This document shows positions 12,601-25,648 of a DNA stretch of 64,000 bases, in pieces (position 1 is the first letter of the stretch; every line of letters starts with the position of its first letter). Below the pieces are notes generated by a model. The model was not told the origin of the DNA. It did not search any database and was given only the letters and a program-made list of their open reading frames with translations. Position numbers and translations under genes: made by a program. Source of the stretch: Octopus vulgaris (taxonomy: Eukaryota); the NCBI GenBank assembly GCA_951406725.2, contig OX597820.1:36704001-36768000 (forward strand), read 5' to 3'.

Positions 12601-14854
12601 TACACAATCTCCCTTGCAGATGTAAAAATACAGCTGCCAATCCTTGATCTAAATATTACAATTCATGTTAGATACAAATAAATGTAGCAGATGTTGCAGT
12701 ATTCTGAGAGATATTTGTAGAAGTCTTATGTCAAGAAACAACTTCCTAGTAGTATATTATAATACTTTCTTCACAGTCAACATTATAGTGATAATAATAT
12801 ATATTTTTCCATGCTTGCATAGGTTGGATGAAGTCTGCTGAATAGAATGTGACCACTTGTTGTAGCTGTTTATCATTTATCAGTAGGCTCAGCATCTGGT
12901 GAAATGACTTTACCACTATGTAATGATTGGTATAAAAATAATATAATGGTACACATGCACAAATAAAATTACAAGATGGAAAAAATGTTATTTATATTGT
13001 CATTTTTGTTAACTGATTTTTCACTTGTTTTGCGAATTGAGATTCTGGTAACTGTAAAACTGTTGATAATAGTTTCTATCTTCTGAATAAATATTACTGA
13101 TTCTATAATCATACAAATGCTGGAAGCAGTTTTGAGAAAAATATCCATGATTCTGTTGTTGTACAACTGTCGGCAGTGGTTCTAAGACAAATAGCTTCTG
13201 AACAAAAGGCATTTCATATCATTTGGGTTTTTTTCTGCTATTGACTTCTGACATAAAGAAGATCACTTTAAGGGGACATAAATGATGCTGCTAGATAAAA
13301 GGAATTTCTATAAAAATAGGTACAGTAACAATAATCAACAAGTTTGTAATTGTATACATGGTCATAGCTTCAGTGAAAATCTTATACAAATACAACAGTT
13401 CATATATTCATAGATAGATTAACTATTATAGTTTGGGTGATGATGATCAATCATAAATAGTTTATATTCAGGTGCAGCACAAGTTTAAGGATCCCATATT
13501 TCTACTTAAAAAGAAAATATCTCTTCTTGGTCAAATGCTTAATATTGAAGAATGAACCAGAATGTGATGTTGTACAACTATGAAGGTTGAAGATTCCAAG
13601 TTCAAGCCGTTGGTTTGTTTATATAGAACTGAAAAATAAAACACAGATGATGAGTTGGCAAAATAGTTAGATATTATAATTACTGGGTGATGTGCAAGAA
13701 AGAGGTAATTGTGGTGGTATGGATGTTATGAAAATAATTGAAGTAAAACAGGAGAAAAAAAAAACAATGGTGGCAACTGAGAGTCATTCCACATTGGGAC
13801 TGCAGTTAAAGGAACGTAATTAAACTAAGCCTATTATCTAATAACAGTGACCAAAATAATATCAGTAATATAACACCCATCTAATTCTTTAGAGAGAGAG
13901 GATGTATAGATGTTTAAATTTTTTCTGAAAACTGCACATAGTTAGTGATGAATACATTTATTCTCAAAGGGGTAAGCTATGTATATACACACATATCTTG
14001 TAAACTATGAATATATACACTCATGCTATAAACTATATGTGGATACATTTATGCTGTAGGCTATTTGTGCACACATTTATTTATAAGCCACACAGAATGA
14101 CAAAACACTTTGTCATGATGATAGTAGAATTGTGGTTTGTTGTCGACATTTACAAGTATATTATTGTGAGAAATGACATCAATACTGCAGATGAAAAGTT
14201 GGAATTTAAAGTTAAGCATGATGAAAAAATGGTTATTGTTTAATGTCAATTTAGTCTGTACAAGCTGACTTGTGAATATGTTTTCTGTTACCTCTATAAC
14301 AATGTAGTCTCAATACTGAGTTATCCACACAAGTGTACTGGTTCATTGTATAAACTGAATTCAACTTTCACAGTGCATGTGTAGATATGGTTAGGTTTGC
14401 TTCCTAACTGCATGGTTTCAGGTTTGATTTTACTGCATAGTGCCTTAGGCAAGCATATTCTACTTGCTGGAGAAGACCATTCTTGTTCTTTGTGCTAGAC
14501 TGAATCTGTAACCGGCTATAATGCCACTATTTGGGTTATTTTAGCAGAGTTTGGATAACTCATTGACAGAGAATATAATTTATTCATTCTTGTTAAAAAA
14601 CATTTCCAAGTTAATATATGTAACATGGATTGATATAGCTAACATAGGAATTATAAACAGACACATACCTGGAAAAAGAAGTTGTGAGCTTACTTAAATT
14701 CGTTATGATGATAGACATTAAATTCAATTTCTTTGTATTTTGTATATGATCACAATATAAAGTGGACTGTAACCTAAAACAAAAGCAAAAAAAAAAAAAA
14801 AGCATTTATTAATACTCATAACAACAATGACTATCATAACTAATCTGATATAAG

Positions 14855-15865
14855 AATCCTTTCTACTATAGGCACAAGACCTGAAATTTTTTGGGGGGCG
14901 GGGGTATAGTCAATTATATTGACTGCAGTGCTTGACTGGTACTTAATTTATTGACTCCCACAAAAAAATGATGGAAGGTAAAGTCAGAATTTGAACTCAG
15001 AACATAGAGACAGATGAAATGTCACTAAGCATTTTACCTGGTATGCTAACAATTCTGCCAGCTCATCACTTTATTCTTTCTTCGAAAGACTTAAAGCTAG
15101 AAATTTTAGGGGTGAGAAGGGGCTGGTTGATTACCTGTCTAGTACTTATTCTATTGATCCTGGAAGGATAAAAGTCCAAGTTGATCAAGGCAAGATTTGA
15201 ATTCAGAATGTAAAGCTGAAGAAATGCTACTAAACATTTTATGGGCTAATGATTTTGCCAGTTTGCCACTGTATTCTTTTTATTACAGGCACAAAAACTG
15301 AAATTCTGGGTGAGGGGACTAGTTAATTATATTGATTCCAGTACTTGCCTGGTGTTAATGGTGCTTATCTAATTGATCCCATTCGATAAAAGACAAAGTT
15401 GACTATGGTGGCATTTGAACTTGAAATGTAAAGATGAACAAAATTCCACAGTGTATTTTGTCTGGTGTGCTAACGATTCTATCAGATGGCCACCTTAATA
15501 ATAATGGTTCCTGATTTCAGTACAAAGCTGTCAACTTTAAGAGAAGGGGGAATATTTGACTGGTACTTTATTTTATCACCACCAGAAGGATGAAAGGCAA
15601 ACTAACCTCAACGGGATAATTTGAACCCAGAACGTAAAGAACTTGAAGACATATCACAACAATCTTATCAGCTTCCTGCCTTTAATAGTCTAAGATTTAG
15701 GCAAAAGCCTAGCAATTTTGAGGTGATATATTAACTGATACTATCAACCTTAGTACCAGACTGGTACTTAAATTTATCAACCCCAGAGGAGTGGTTAATA
15801 AGTTTTCTTCAGCAGGATTTGAACTCAGAATGTAAAGAGCCAGAAGAAATATTCCAAAACATTTC
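14855..15865 (-). mobile_element. Head-to-tail tandem array of five diverged family-A SINE copies
   Basis: ATTTGAA(C/T)YY(A/G) B-box complement at ~14990, 15195, 15414, 15620 and 15818 (period ~205-220 bp), most preceded by GGATRAAAG-like and TGGTACTTA-like motifs. Confidence 0.8.
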
Positions 15866-16615
15866 TAATGACACTATTGATAATTACAACACAATTACAA
15901 TTTTGAATGTGAATTTTTTTACTTCTGTGAGGTGTATTTATGATTTGTGATCCAGATTATCTCTAGCTTTGATTAAATTAACCATGTCAATTGTATGATT
16001 GAGGTGATATATATTTAGATGCTTTTTTTGGTTTTGTGTAACAGTCATGTTGAATCTAAGTTTATAATTTTGATTCAGTTTCATGAGATCTACTTTCATT
16101 ACTTCTTCCTAAGTATTCTTCAGCCAAGCCTACTTACCACTGATAGTAATTCTCACCCATCACTCACCTCTAATATTCAGCCACGATTTCGGCTAATGTT
16201 ACTCATCCAACAGATTACACTCATGTTATTTCTTTCCAGCCTTACAAATATTCCACATTTAATGCTGTCATCTCACTACCTTGCAATATCAAACTTACAG
16301 CAAATGCTTCGCAGTGTGGCTTCTTTTTTGCAAAAAAGAAAGATACCAGCCTAAGTAACAGCTCCTTCTCCCATCCTTTCTTTAATTCTGGCAATTATGT
16401 TTGTGTTATATATGGATGTGTGTATCACATGATCAATCAGACTATTGGATGCTGGTACCCTGCTGGTTAGGTGAATAGGCCAACATTCCTCCTGATTGGA
16501 AGGCAGGTTTACCCATTTACAGATGAGTGGATTGGAGCAACATGAAATTAAGTGCTTTGCTGAAGAATAGAACATGCCATCCAGTCTAAGAATTGGATCC
16601 CTGATCTAGTGATGA

Positions 16616-16622
<7 letters not shown>

Positions 16623-16662
<40 letters not shown>
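16623..16662. repeat. (AT)20 microsatellite
   Basis: Perfect dinucleotide run. Confidence 0.95.
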
Positions 16663-16664
<2 letters not shown>

Positions 16665-19040
16665 CTGGCAAATTGAGTAGATACGGCATAGGGTTGACAT
16701 GACTATATAACCTTGCCAAAGGCAGCCTCTACAATGCTGGTGGCAATATATGCACTAGTACTATAAAGTGGTTGGTGTTAGGGCACCCAAATGTAGGAAC
16801 CAAGACAAAAACTAACATGTGTAGGGTGTAGTTTTTCTGACCTGTTGTGAGTTGGGAAAGGAATAATTCAGAGTATGTGACTCAGACTGTTCCCCTTGCC
16901 CAGTCAATTCACACAAGCATGAAAAGCTAACATAAAAATGATGATATATCTACACACACTATACACATAAAATACATCTTTGGTTTAAATGACTATATTT
17001 CCAATGTGTTGTCAAGTGTAAATCTGTCTCAAATGGTATCAATGTGTTATAATTCCATTTACTGGATCATAAAAGTGTATTTTGTAATAGTAAATATTTG
17101 TTCACTAGTGCAGCTATTTGACTGAATGTGTGTTGTGTGTGTGTATGTACTTGTTTTCAGTGGTGTGATGTGATGTTCTTACCTTTGTGTAAAGTTGAGT
17201 CCACAGAAGAGTCAGGGCCAATGTTTCTGATATACAGTTAAGTTCATCTGTGATTTCTTGGGTTATATTCCTTTGTGTTGATAACTGACATGGACTCCAT
17301 ATCCTTGGCAAAGATGGCTTTTCATGGTAATAGCCAGTATTTTTTGGTAGACTACATCTAATGTGAATCTGTTTTTGCTAGTTGCAACACAGACTGGGGG
17401 AAAATAGAGTATCTAGTATGATAGTCTATACTGAATTTCATCATTTGGTTGATGTTTTAACTATGGTCATCCCAACCAAATTGTTGGTATTCCCAGTTGT
17501 GTAACAAGGTTACTGCTCAGAAGATAGTTGGGAGACATAAGATTTAAATCCAGTTGTTACATAAACAAGTCAAACTTAGAAATACTTTTGTTAGCTCATG
17601 AGGCTCCTGCAAGGTGGTCAATATATTGTTAGAAAGCCTATCAAGAGCGACATCTAACTTAGCAGTGTTGAATGCACTCATTGCAAGGAAGACATGCTTC
17701 ACTAGATATATAGATAACACACAGTTCATATATTCCATATTATCCAACGTCTTTTCCTTTCGAGATGTTGAGGTGGGACCTGAGGGAGATCAGGCTGATA
17801 GTCAAGTTGGGAGACCACGTAAAGGCTCCCTCACGAGTAGGCAGGGGTCTTGTCCTTGATGTAGGTATGTATGATAGAGACCCAGGTGTGAAAGGGTAAT
17901 GCTCCAATTTTTTTTACTAGCAAGAATCTCCTAGAACACAGTGTCAACTGATGTCTGACCGTAACAATGGAAAATAGAGTTTTGAAAAGCAGGCCTTGCG
18001 AAAATGTGACAAAGTAGTATTGTGAAAACTTGTGAAAGATGCTATGAAAAGTAATCAGCAAAGAGTTGTATAGAACTTGAGGGTTTAAGTTGGATACTAC
18101 CCAATGTACATCACTAAAAAAAAAAAAAACTATGACAGTAGTAATTAATAAATACATATATACACATCAGTATTGTACACTTGAGATATCATGCACATCT
18201 GTATCTTCGAGGTATCTAATAACATAAAAAGATGATTTGAGAGAGGAGGCTGATTTTACAAAAATAAAATTTGCTAGATAAGTTAGGCCTGTATGAAATT
18301 TTTTTTCTGTGCAATCACTGAAGTTTTCAAATCAACATGTTGGAAAGGGTATCTTGTACTTTACAGTTTGAAACAAAAATATTTTCCAAAACAAATATTT
18401 GACAGTCCAATTTATTTTGTGAACATACTAAAAAATATGCAAATTTCAACACAAACAGAACTAATATATTTAACCTAAGTCAACCATGACTGAGAAAAAG
18501 AATGATCAAAAATGTTCCACCTGTAATCACCCTGTATTTTTTCAAAATCAAGTTTCAACTCAAATTTCAAATACAAATAAAAATTAACAGAGAATAAAAT
18601 AGACCAAAATAAATAAAGTTTAATATAATTCATGAGAATATGAAACTGTCAATCAACAGGAATTTGCCAAGTGGACGGCCTGTCATTGTCTGATATGAAC
18701 AATGAGAACAAATACATAAGCAGTCAAAAAAACTGCTACCTTCAATAAATACATCCAAGGTGTAAAATATTTTGATGGAAATGCATCAAATGCAACTGGA
18801 CCCAATCAATTAAGACTATATTATTATTTTTTTGTTTCTGAAATATCATTTAAGTACGCCATATGTACATTTTTTGTTGATAGACACAGCCTAGCACATA
18901 AGAATATCTAAATGGAAGAGACTAAAAAATTTTAAATTGATGAAACTAGCATGGGTCCACATAAACTGATGTTATGTGAATTGGAATATTACAAAAAGAA
19001 ATGTTTATTTGTACCTGCTCTTAGCAGGAAAAATAAATAA

Positions 19041-19114
19041 GGACAAACTGGGAATAAACAGCCTAGCAGGTACTTAACCAAGTACCTGCTAGGCTGTTTA
19101 TTCCCTGTTAGTCC
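19041..19114. repeat. Hairpin / palindrome
   Basis: GGGAATAAACAGCCTAGCAGGTACTT-aacc-AAGTACCTGCTAGGCTGTTTATTCCC: 26-bp perfect arms with an imperfect extension. Confidence 0.9.
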
Positions 19115-19989
19115 AGTTAGCTGCTTGAAGAAGATATTTGTGTTGAGATTTGAAATATTTTTCGCACAGTACAGGTACATAAAACAAAAACAAAACAATA
19201 AATGACATGAATCAAGTTTTTCTTTTGAAAATTTTGTTTCAAACCACAAAGTAAAAGATACCTATTGTAAGTATATTGTTCAGCTCCACAACACTCTCAA
19301 TCATTACGTCAATAATACAAGAAAAGATATTCAAAAATGGTATGTGGATCTGTCAGTTTCTAATTGGTGAAGATGACAATTTAGGGTTTATCATGTAGAC
19401 ATCTCTGATCAATGGGTGTGTTATGTGGAGCAGTCCTTTAAGAACCCAAGTTTTTATCATAAGAAAACATGTTAACTACAACTTGAACATTGATCAGCCA
19501 CTATATTTAAAAATATAAACAATGATTGGTTGATGTTAGGAGATTATTACCAATTATTTACATATTGATCTTCAGTCATCTGAGAAGCCCAAGTAAAATT
19601 TTTAGCACCCACCACATGGAACACCTTATTGGACTCACAGCTCATTGAATTTATGTGGTGCTATGAATTCAAAGATGAAGCATTCCAAAAATTGTTGGAA
19701 CATACAAATTACTGTTTTGAATGTTTTATGAAAAGATTAAAAATGTGCATCAAATTGTCTATTCATAACATACAATAATATATATTCAAGTCATTTCACA
19801 TCTCCACATAAAAAAAAGTTATAAGCAATTTATATCATTACAGAATATGTACTATTTCAGACATCTCCCCAATTAAATGTGAATAAATATTGATGTGAAT
19901 CGTGATTCTTTCACTTTTGACACATAATACTGATTTATGAATTTGGAAAACAAATTTCCCCACAAATTTGCACCAACAAACCAATTGTA

Positions 19990-20100
19990 ATTGGTTCGCT
20001 GGCACAAATTTTTGTTCTCATATTCGTTTAATATACAGCATTTTACACCTATTACACTTGTATTCTTTTGTTTTGGTGGCCGGGTGTTAAAGTAAACATT
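19990..20100. repeat. Dispersed repeat; inverted partner at ~48850-48975
   Basis: TTGGTTC..CAAATTTT..TCATATTC...TTTTGGTGGCCGGGTGTTAAA matches the reverse complement of TTTAACACCTGGCCACCAAAA...GAATATGAAAACCAAAATTTGCGCCAATGAACCAA. Confidence 0.6.
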
Positions 20101-20696
20101 AACCAAATTGCCTGGACAATTATTCATGGGGAGGAAATTTATCTCTGGCAAATTTTTAAAATCCTGATTAAAGGGACAAAGAGATTAGAATATGTAAAGC
20201 GAACAGGACGACCTTCGGGGCAGAATTTAAGAACGTTGAATATGGAAATAGAGAAAAGGTTAACCAAAACAAAAGGTTTGATAAGAATAAAATCGGAAGA
20301 GGACATGTTTTTAACCAAACAACAGAGCATTATTAGTGGAAATAGAGAAAATGAAAAAACTAGTAGAGACATTCAAAGAAAGGATTAAAGCATGTCATAT
20401 ATATTATGTTCGTTATGAAAATTTGGCCAGCGTGATTGGGCTGGAGGACATAATGGAACATGTAACAGATGGATAAACAAAACGATTACAAACTGTATAA
20501 AAGAACTGTAAAATGAAACTGCGAGCCTTGGGAGGCTCGTAAGCCATTCCATTTCTCCATTACAAATAACTCATTTCATATTCATCATTCATTATATGTA
20601 CCCTAAATTTTGTGTTGTATGTACTTGTAATATCCACGGAATGTTTTCAGGCTATATGCCTATAATAAAGATGTAAAGGGACATAACTGAGTTATA

Positions 20697-20845
20697 TCTA
20701 TTTCTTTACTACCCACAAGGGGCTAAACACAGAGAGGACAAACAAGGACAGACAAAGGGATTAAGTCGATTACATCGACTCCGAAAGGATGAAAGGCAAA
20801 GTCGACCTCGGCGGAATTTGAACTCAGAATGTAACAGTAGACGAA
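20697..20845 (-). mobile_element. 5'-truncated family-A SINE with Tx1-like tail and 12-bp TSD
   Basis: TSD AACTGAGTTATA at 20685-20696 and 20846-20857. B-box CTGAGTTCAAATTCCGCCGAGGTCGAC. 3' end ...GTCCTCTCTGTGTTTAGCCCCTTGTGGGTAGTAAAGAAATAGA. Confidence 0.9.
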
Positions 20846-20857
20846 AACTGAGTTATA

Positions 20858-21340
20858 CCTCGTTCCAAGCAGAATTGGAAAAGTGGCAATTTAATCAGAT
20901 GACTCAGAGAAGCATGATAGTTTTGTACAATTCTTTTGTCAACCCAATTGCCATCTATGCCAGTGACACGTAGAAGATGACAGCAGGACTCGTCCACAAG
21001 CTAGATGTATTCCACCAGAGGTACCTCCGAAAAGTTCTCACCTCTTGGGAAAACAGAATAACCAATGAAGTCTATGGGAGAACCAAACAGAAACCACTAA
21101 GAATCACAGTGAAAGATCGCCGCCTGAGGTTTCTTGGACATATCTTTAGAATGTCGTCAACAAGACACTCAAAGCACTCCTTCGATTGGAAACCAGAAAA
21201 TGGAAAAAGGAAACGTGGAAGCCTGTTAATAACACAGAAGAGGACAGTTCCGAAAGATCTACATGCAGAGATGAGCTGGGAGGATGCCAAAGCTCTTGCA
21301 GAAGATAGAAATACATGGAACACCTTACATAAGCACAGCT
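20858..21340 (+). mobile_element. RTE-clade LINE ORF2 C-terminal fragment
   Basis: IYASDT*..KLDVFHQRYLRKV..W..RITNE..RRLRFLGHIFRM..W.P..GKRKRG..W..LAEDRNTW. Confidence 0.85.
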
Positions 21341-21543
21341 GAATATTTTTTAGCATGAAATTTGAAGTAGCTCATCCACAAGTGTATTTTTAATACATTG
21401 CAAACAGAAAGAGTTTGCAAAGTGTTCAAATTGTTTTTAATTAAATAGCATATTTTCTTATTGAGCCTTATTTGAATATTCCATATTAAAAGATATTCTT
21501 TATGAATATTCTACAGTATTAATGTGATATTTTTCTTTTTCAG

Positions 21544-22420
21544 ATAGAACAGCAATAACAAAATCCGACAACCATGTCTTCCACTGCCACTGCTGCTGAA
21601 CAGCAACTAAAACCGACTATGTCTCCCAATACCAGTTCTGTTGATGAAGAACAACAAAAACTAAAGCTGCCCGTGTCTTCCTCCCCTGTCATTCTTCAAC
21701 AACAACAAAAATTGACCATTCCAGCTGAAGAACATCTCCTGACACTTCTCAACACTGACAAAAATCGACCATCAGTACAGAGGTTACGGTAATTTGACAA
21801 ATGATTTCTGCTTTAAGCTGCGAAATAGCAGGAATCAAAACCAGAGTCTGTGCAAAACCTCACAATGAGGGATCGTATCGGAGTGCCTTGCTCAAAAATT
21901 TACCTGTAGCTCTTACTGAACCTAGACGCATCGAGGAAGCTACTGAATCAACCACCCATGGGGTAAATGTCATTGGAGTATTGGAAGACATGGTTGATCT
22001 ACAGGCATTTACTGGCAACACATCTAAGGACTTAAGCTGTGTTCCTCCAAAAAGTGCTTTCCGTCTTTCTAGCCGTTGATAGGGCTCGGCGCGAAAACAA
22101 AATTACCTTTCGGGCACGCCCTGGCCTACCACCTGATGTACACCCAAAGCTAAGATCTGTTGCTTCCCTAAATCGCAACTCAGTGCCACAGGAAAGCTTT
22201 AGCTTACACGACGATGGGCAAATATGGAAATTCATCAAGTCTGGTGAGTCATGGATAAGGGATATCAGTTGGTCTGAGCATACTGCACCCACAATAACTG
22301 ACAATACAAAAATCATGGGAAACTAAACAAGAACAATCAGCCATCCCCTGTATATCATCGTCATCTGAAATCCAGATACAAACTGTTGTCCTTAAATGCC
22401 CATAGTTTATGCAACAAGGT
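21544..22420 (+). mobile_element. CR1/L2-group LINE 5' part (ORF1 plus start of APE), degraded
   Basis: ORF1 pieces HNEGSYRSALLKNLPV..TFRARPGLPPDVHPKLR..DGQIWKF, followed by LLSLNAHSLCNK. Paralogous to 27700-28680. Confidence 0.7.
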
Positions 22421-23104
22421 ACAAATTAATCTCATTTTCCTCACATTATTTGGTGGCTAAGAAGTGTTTGCAAATCTGTGAAAATGCCAAAAGGAGTGCA
22501 ATTAATGTCAGTTGAGGTAGAGAAAAATAATAAAATTACTATTTGAAGGACAATACTCTTTCCACTGCAAAAATATTGATGCAAGATCACCACACAATTA
22601 AGAAGTTTGTTGCAGATGGCAAGGTGTCCTGTACTCCAAGAAAGACAAAACCCAAAGCCTTTAAACTTCAAGATGAATGAAAACTGAAGCATGCCATGAT
22701 GAAAAATCCCCATGCAATGAGTAGTAAGATTTCAAGGCAGCTGGCATCAACAATGCTAATAAACATGTTCAAATAAGCATTTATTTAGTGAGGTGGGTAG
22801 TCACAATGGAGTTCAGATCTTCAGCATGAGTGCACTTTTATTCCACTTTGCAGCCTCTGTGAGGAGAGAATTATCAGTAGAGATTTTTTTGTCATGTTTT
22901 GTGCTTTTCCTGCACACATCCTCATCTTCAAGCTGCATGATGAACCAGTGCATTGTCATTAACAGAATTATTTTTGTGTACCTGTTTGCTGAATCGTCTG
23001 TTAGCAGTGAAAGTAATGTGGCAATCAACTTTAACTTGTCTTTGTATTTCTTGATGCTCTTTATCACGACTCATTTGAAACCAGAAGATCATATTACCAG
23101 GACC

Positions 23105-23255
23105 TAAGCCACATGCACCTTCTACACATGGCTAAAAAAAGAAGGACTGATTTTATGAAGTACTTTTGCTAATTACTTCAGTGCTGAGTGACAATGAGCT
23201 TACTATCATAGCAAGTGACTTCAACAAACATGTTGGGCAGTATTCTGAAGGATTC
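23105..23255 (+). mobile_element. LINE APE endonuclease relic (RTE-like)
   Basis: Reads ..DFYEVLL..LTIIASDFNKHVG, a GDFN-motif remnant. Confidence 0.5.
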
Positions 23256-23406
23256 TGTAACAGGATGAGAATTCAGGAACACTGGAGGGGTGTCTGGTCT
23301 GATCCTGTCACATTCAATTCAAGTTGAATGTGACAGGATCAGACCAGACACCCCTCCTCCAGTGTTCCTGAATTCTCATCCTGTTACAATTGGTGACCCC
23401 AAGTGA
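23256..23406 (+). mobile_element. Palindromic LTR-like unit (TG...CA) followed by a tRNA-Trp-type PBS
   Basis: TGTAACAGG...CCTGTTACA with arms 23256-23317 and 23324-23388, then TGGTGACCCCAAGTGA, close to the complement of the tRNA-Trp 3' end (TGGTGACCCCGACGTGA). Confidence 0.75.
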
Positions 23407-25049
23407 CACTACTGTGTAAGTTTCAGCGCACATGCACAGAATTGGATTACTTCCAGTTGGCCACCGGAAGTTTCTTCATGCGCATGCGCAGGAACTGCAA
23501 CCTGAAAGCCTGACCGCCGAATCGGTCTTTCTGGCAGAGCTCCCCCTCGAATGAGGAGGCACGAAACAAGCTGTGCATACAAAAAAATAGTTTTCTCCAC
23601 CGCACTCAGTACACTATTAAAAAAAAATTGTCCTTACAAATTTTTTTTTTTTCTGTAGCCTTTACTGTTTCTTTTTTGTGCACACACACACTAGTACACG
23701 AACATATTTTTTGTTTCTTTGCTTTGTCGGTTTACTAGGTTCTCCATTTCTCGTCGTTTCTTTCTACTCGTTTCCCTTTGCTCTGACAGGCATTTCGGAC
23801 GAACATGCCTGGATCGGGTTTACCCTTATTCACAGGGGATGCAGGCCTTTGGTTTGCCCAGATTGAATCGCACTTTACCGCCCATGCTCTCCCTCCACAG
23901 CAGCAGTTGCGCATCTGCTCTACTCTAGCTTGCCTCCTCAACTCGCCACATCGGTCAGGGATCTGATAATGAGTCCCCACCCAGACGCCACATATGCGTC
24001 AGTCAAGACAGAGATTCTCCAACGCAACACGCGGTTGGAGGAGAGTAAGTTCAATGAATTAATGGCTGATGAGCAGTTGGGGGACAGGACTCCCTCACAA
24101 TTCCTGCGCCACTTAAGGGAACTAAGTGGGAATGCAGCAGACGTGCCTCTGCTGTGAAAAATATTCTTCTCTAGGTTGCCTGCCACCGTGTAGACAATGT
24201 TGGCCACGGCTCTGGTGTCTGTTTCTATTGACCACATTGCCATGATGGCCGACAAAATATTGGAATTTTCCGGCCCACCTTCATCATGGAGCTTGTATGC
24301 ATGTACCGAGACCCCTCCAACAGCTTCTCTGACACACAAACTCAGCCATGCAAAAACCAAAGAAGGGGTGTTTGTTGGTCCCCAAATTCAGCAACTTTTG
24401 ACAGACGACAATTTTGAAAACACCTTAAATGTATTGGAATTGGATGCATGGCAAAGTTTCAGAAATGTATGTAATAGTCTACTTGGAAAGCACAGAGTAG
24501 CCAACTATGAAGTACTTGTAGAAAAGTTAATTGATTTGTACAAATCATTAGGGTGTAATATATTGTTAAAAGTTCACTATTTGGATTTTGCATCTAGCTT
24601 TATTTCCTCAGAATGCAGCAAACGTCAGTGACGGACATGGTGAGAGATTCCACCAAGACATAAGTCAAATGGAAACTCAATATAAGAGGAAGTGGAGTCC
24701 CGCAATACTTACTGACTTTTGCTGGTGTCTTCAGAGAGATAGACCTGATGCTATACATAGAAAGAAACAAAAATATTGTACCAAAAAAAAAGATGTTCTT
24801 CCTTTAATAAAAGACGCAAATAACATTTTTCCTATTAATAACAGCCCATTTTGCAGAAAACTCACTTTAAATCTAGATTTTCACAGAAAGTGGCCCACTT
24901 TCTAGCAAAAATGTACGCTTTAGTAATGGCCCATTTTATGAAACACTGGAGTCATTTCATGAAAAACAGAGTTCATTTAGGTTATCTATGATAAAAACTG
25001 TTCCAGAAAATGATGTTCTCTTCTCCATAGCAAAATCATTGCAGTAGTG
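23407..25049 (+). mobile_element. CMC/Chapaev-3-like DNA transposon, internally rearranged
   Basis: Termini CACTACTG...CAGTAGTG. Transposase C-terminus AKTKEGVFVGPQI..GCNILLKVHYL..VSDGHGERFHQDISQME..W...LTDFCWCL at ~24340-24760. Confidence 0.8.
23860..24340 (+). pseudogene. Ty3/Gypsy gag fragment
   Basis: LPPQLATSVRDLI..YASVKTEILQR..LGDRTPSQFLRHLREL..IFFSRLP..MADKILE, with in-frame stops. Confidence 0.8.
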
Positions 25050-25648
25050 TAATCAGAAACAAGATCTAGGATTGTGACACCAATCCAAAGAGGGACAAGA
25101 AAATGGTCAATGCTGTCTGAAATAGAAATTGATGACTGGAACTTGTTTATTCTTTATTTATACCTGACCCTTGCAATATGGCCATGCTCATTGCCAGTGT
25201 TTAATAAAAAGAAAACAGCAAGTAATGTCATGGTCGGGACACATAGAAGAATGAAGTATAACAGATCCTCCAAACCCATGTCAGGATTAACAGCAATAAT
25301 TGATAAAGGTAACAATTCTTGCTGATTTAGAATCCCGAACAAAATAAATAATTTTTTTAGGTGAAATTAAAAAGAACTGGAATATTTCAAAGCATCCCAA
25401 TGAAAAATTCCAACAACTTCAAAAGAGAAATTTATTGAGATATTTTCAAAAACATTTTTTCCTTTTTTAGATATTACAAAGTAATATGCCTATTATTCTG
25501 GAAAATAATGTTGCATGTGCAAAAAAAATAAATATGGCAAAAACAAAAAAGTTATTTCTTCAAGGTCAAATATCTGTCTAGGCATCAGTTGAGCTGTTCC
25601 TCTGGTTGATTAAAGTCATAATTTGATTTTCTCCATTTCAGATAACCC

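Noticed and set aside
14855-15865. CRISPR-like or tRNA gene array
   Set aside because: The units are ~210-bp diverged SINE copies with no conserved short repeat/unique spacer pattern and no cloverleaf; the context is eukaryotic.
17540-18060. Possible retroelement pol relic on the minus strand
   Set aside because: Only weak hints (SKFDL-like, LVKK); too degraded to call.
20400-20690. Solo LTR
   Set aside because: TATA-like and AATAAA motifs are present, but there are no clear TG..CA ends, TSD or PBS.
22441-23107. Short ORFs on both strands
   Set aside because: No recognisable domain or consistent splice signals.
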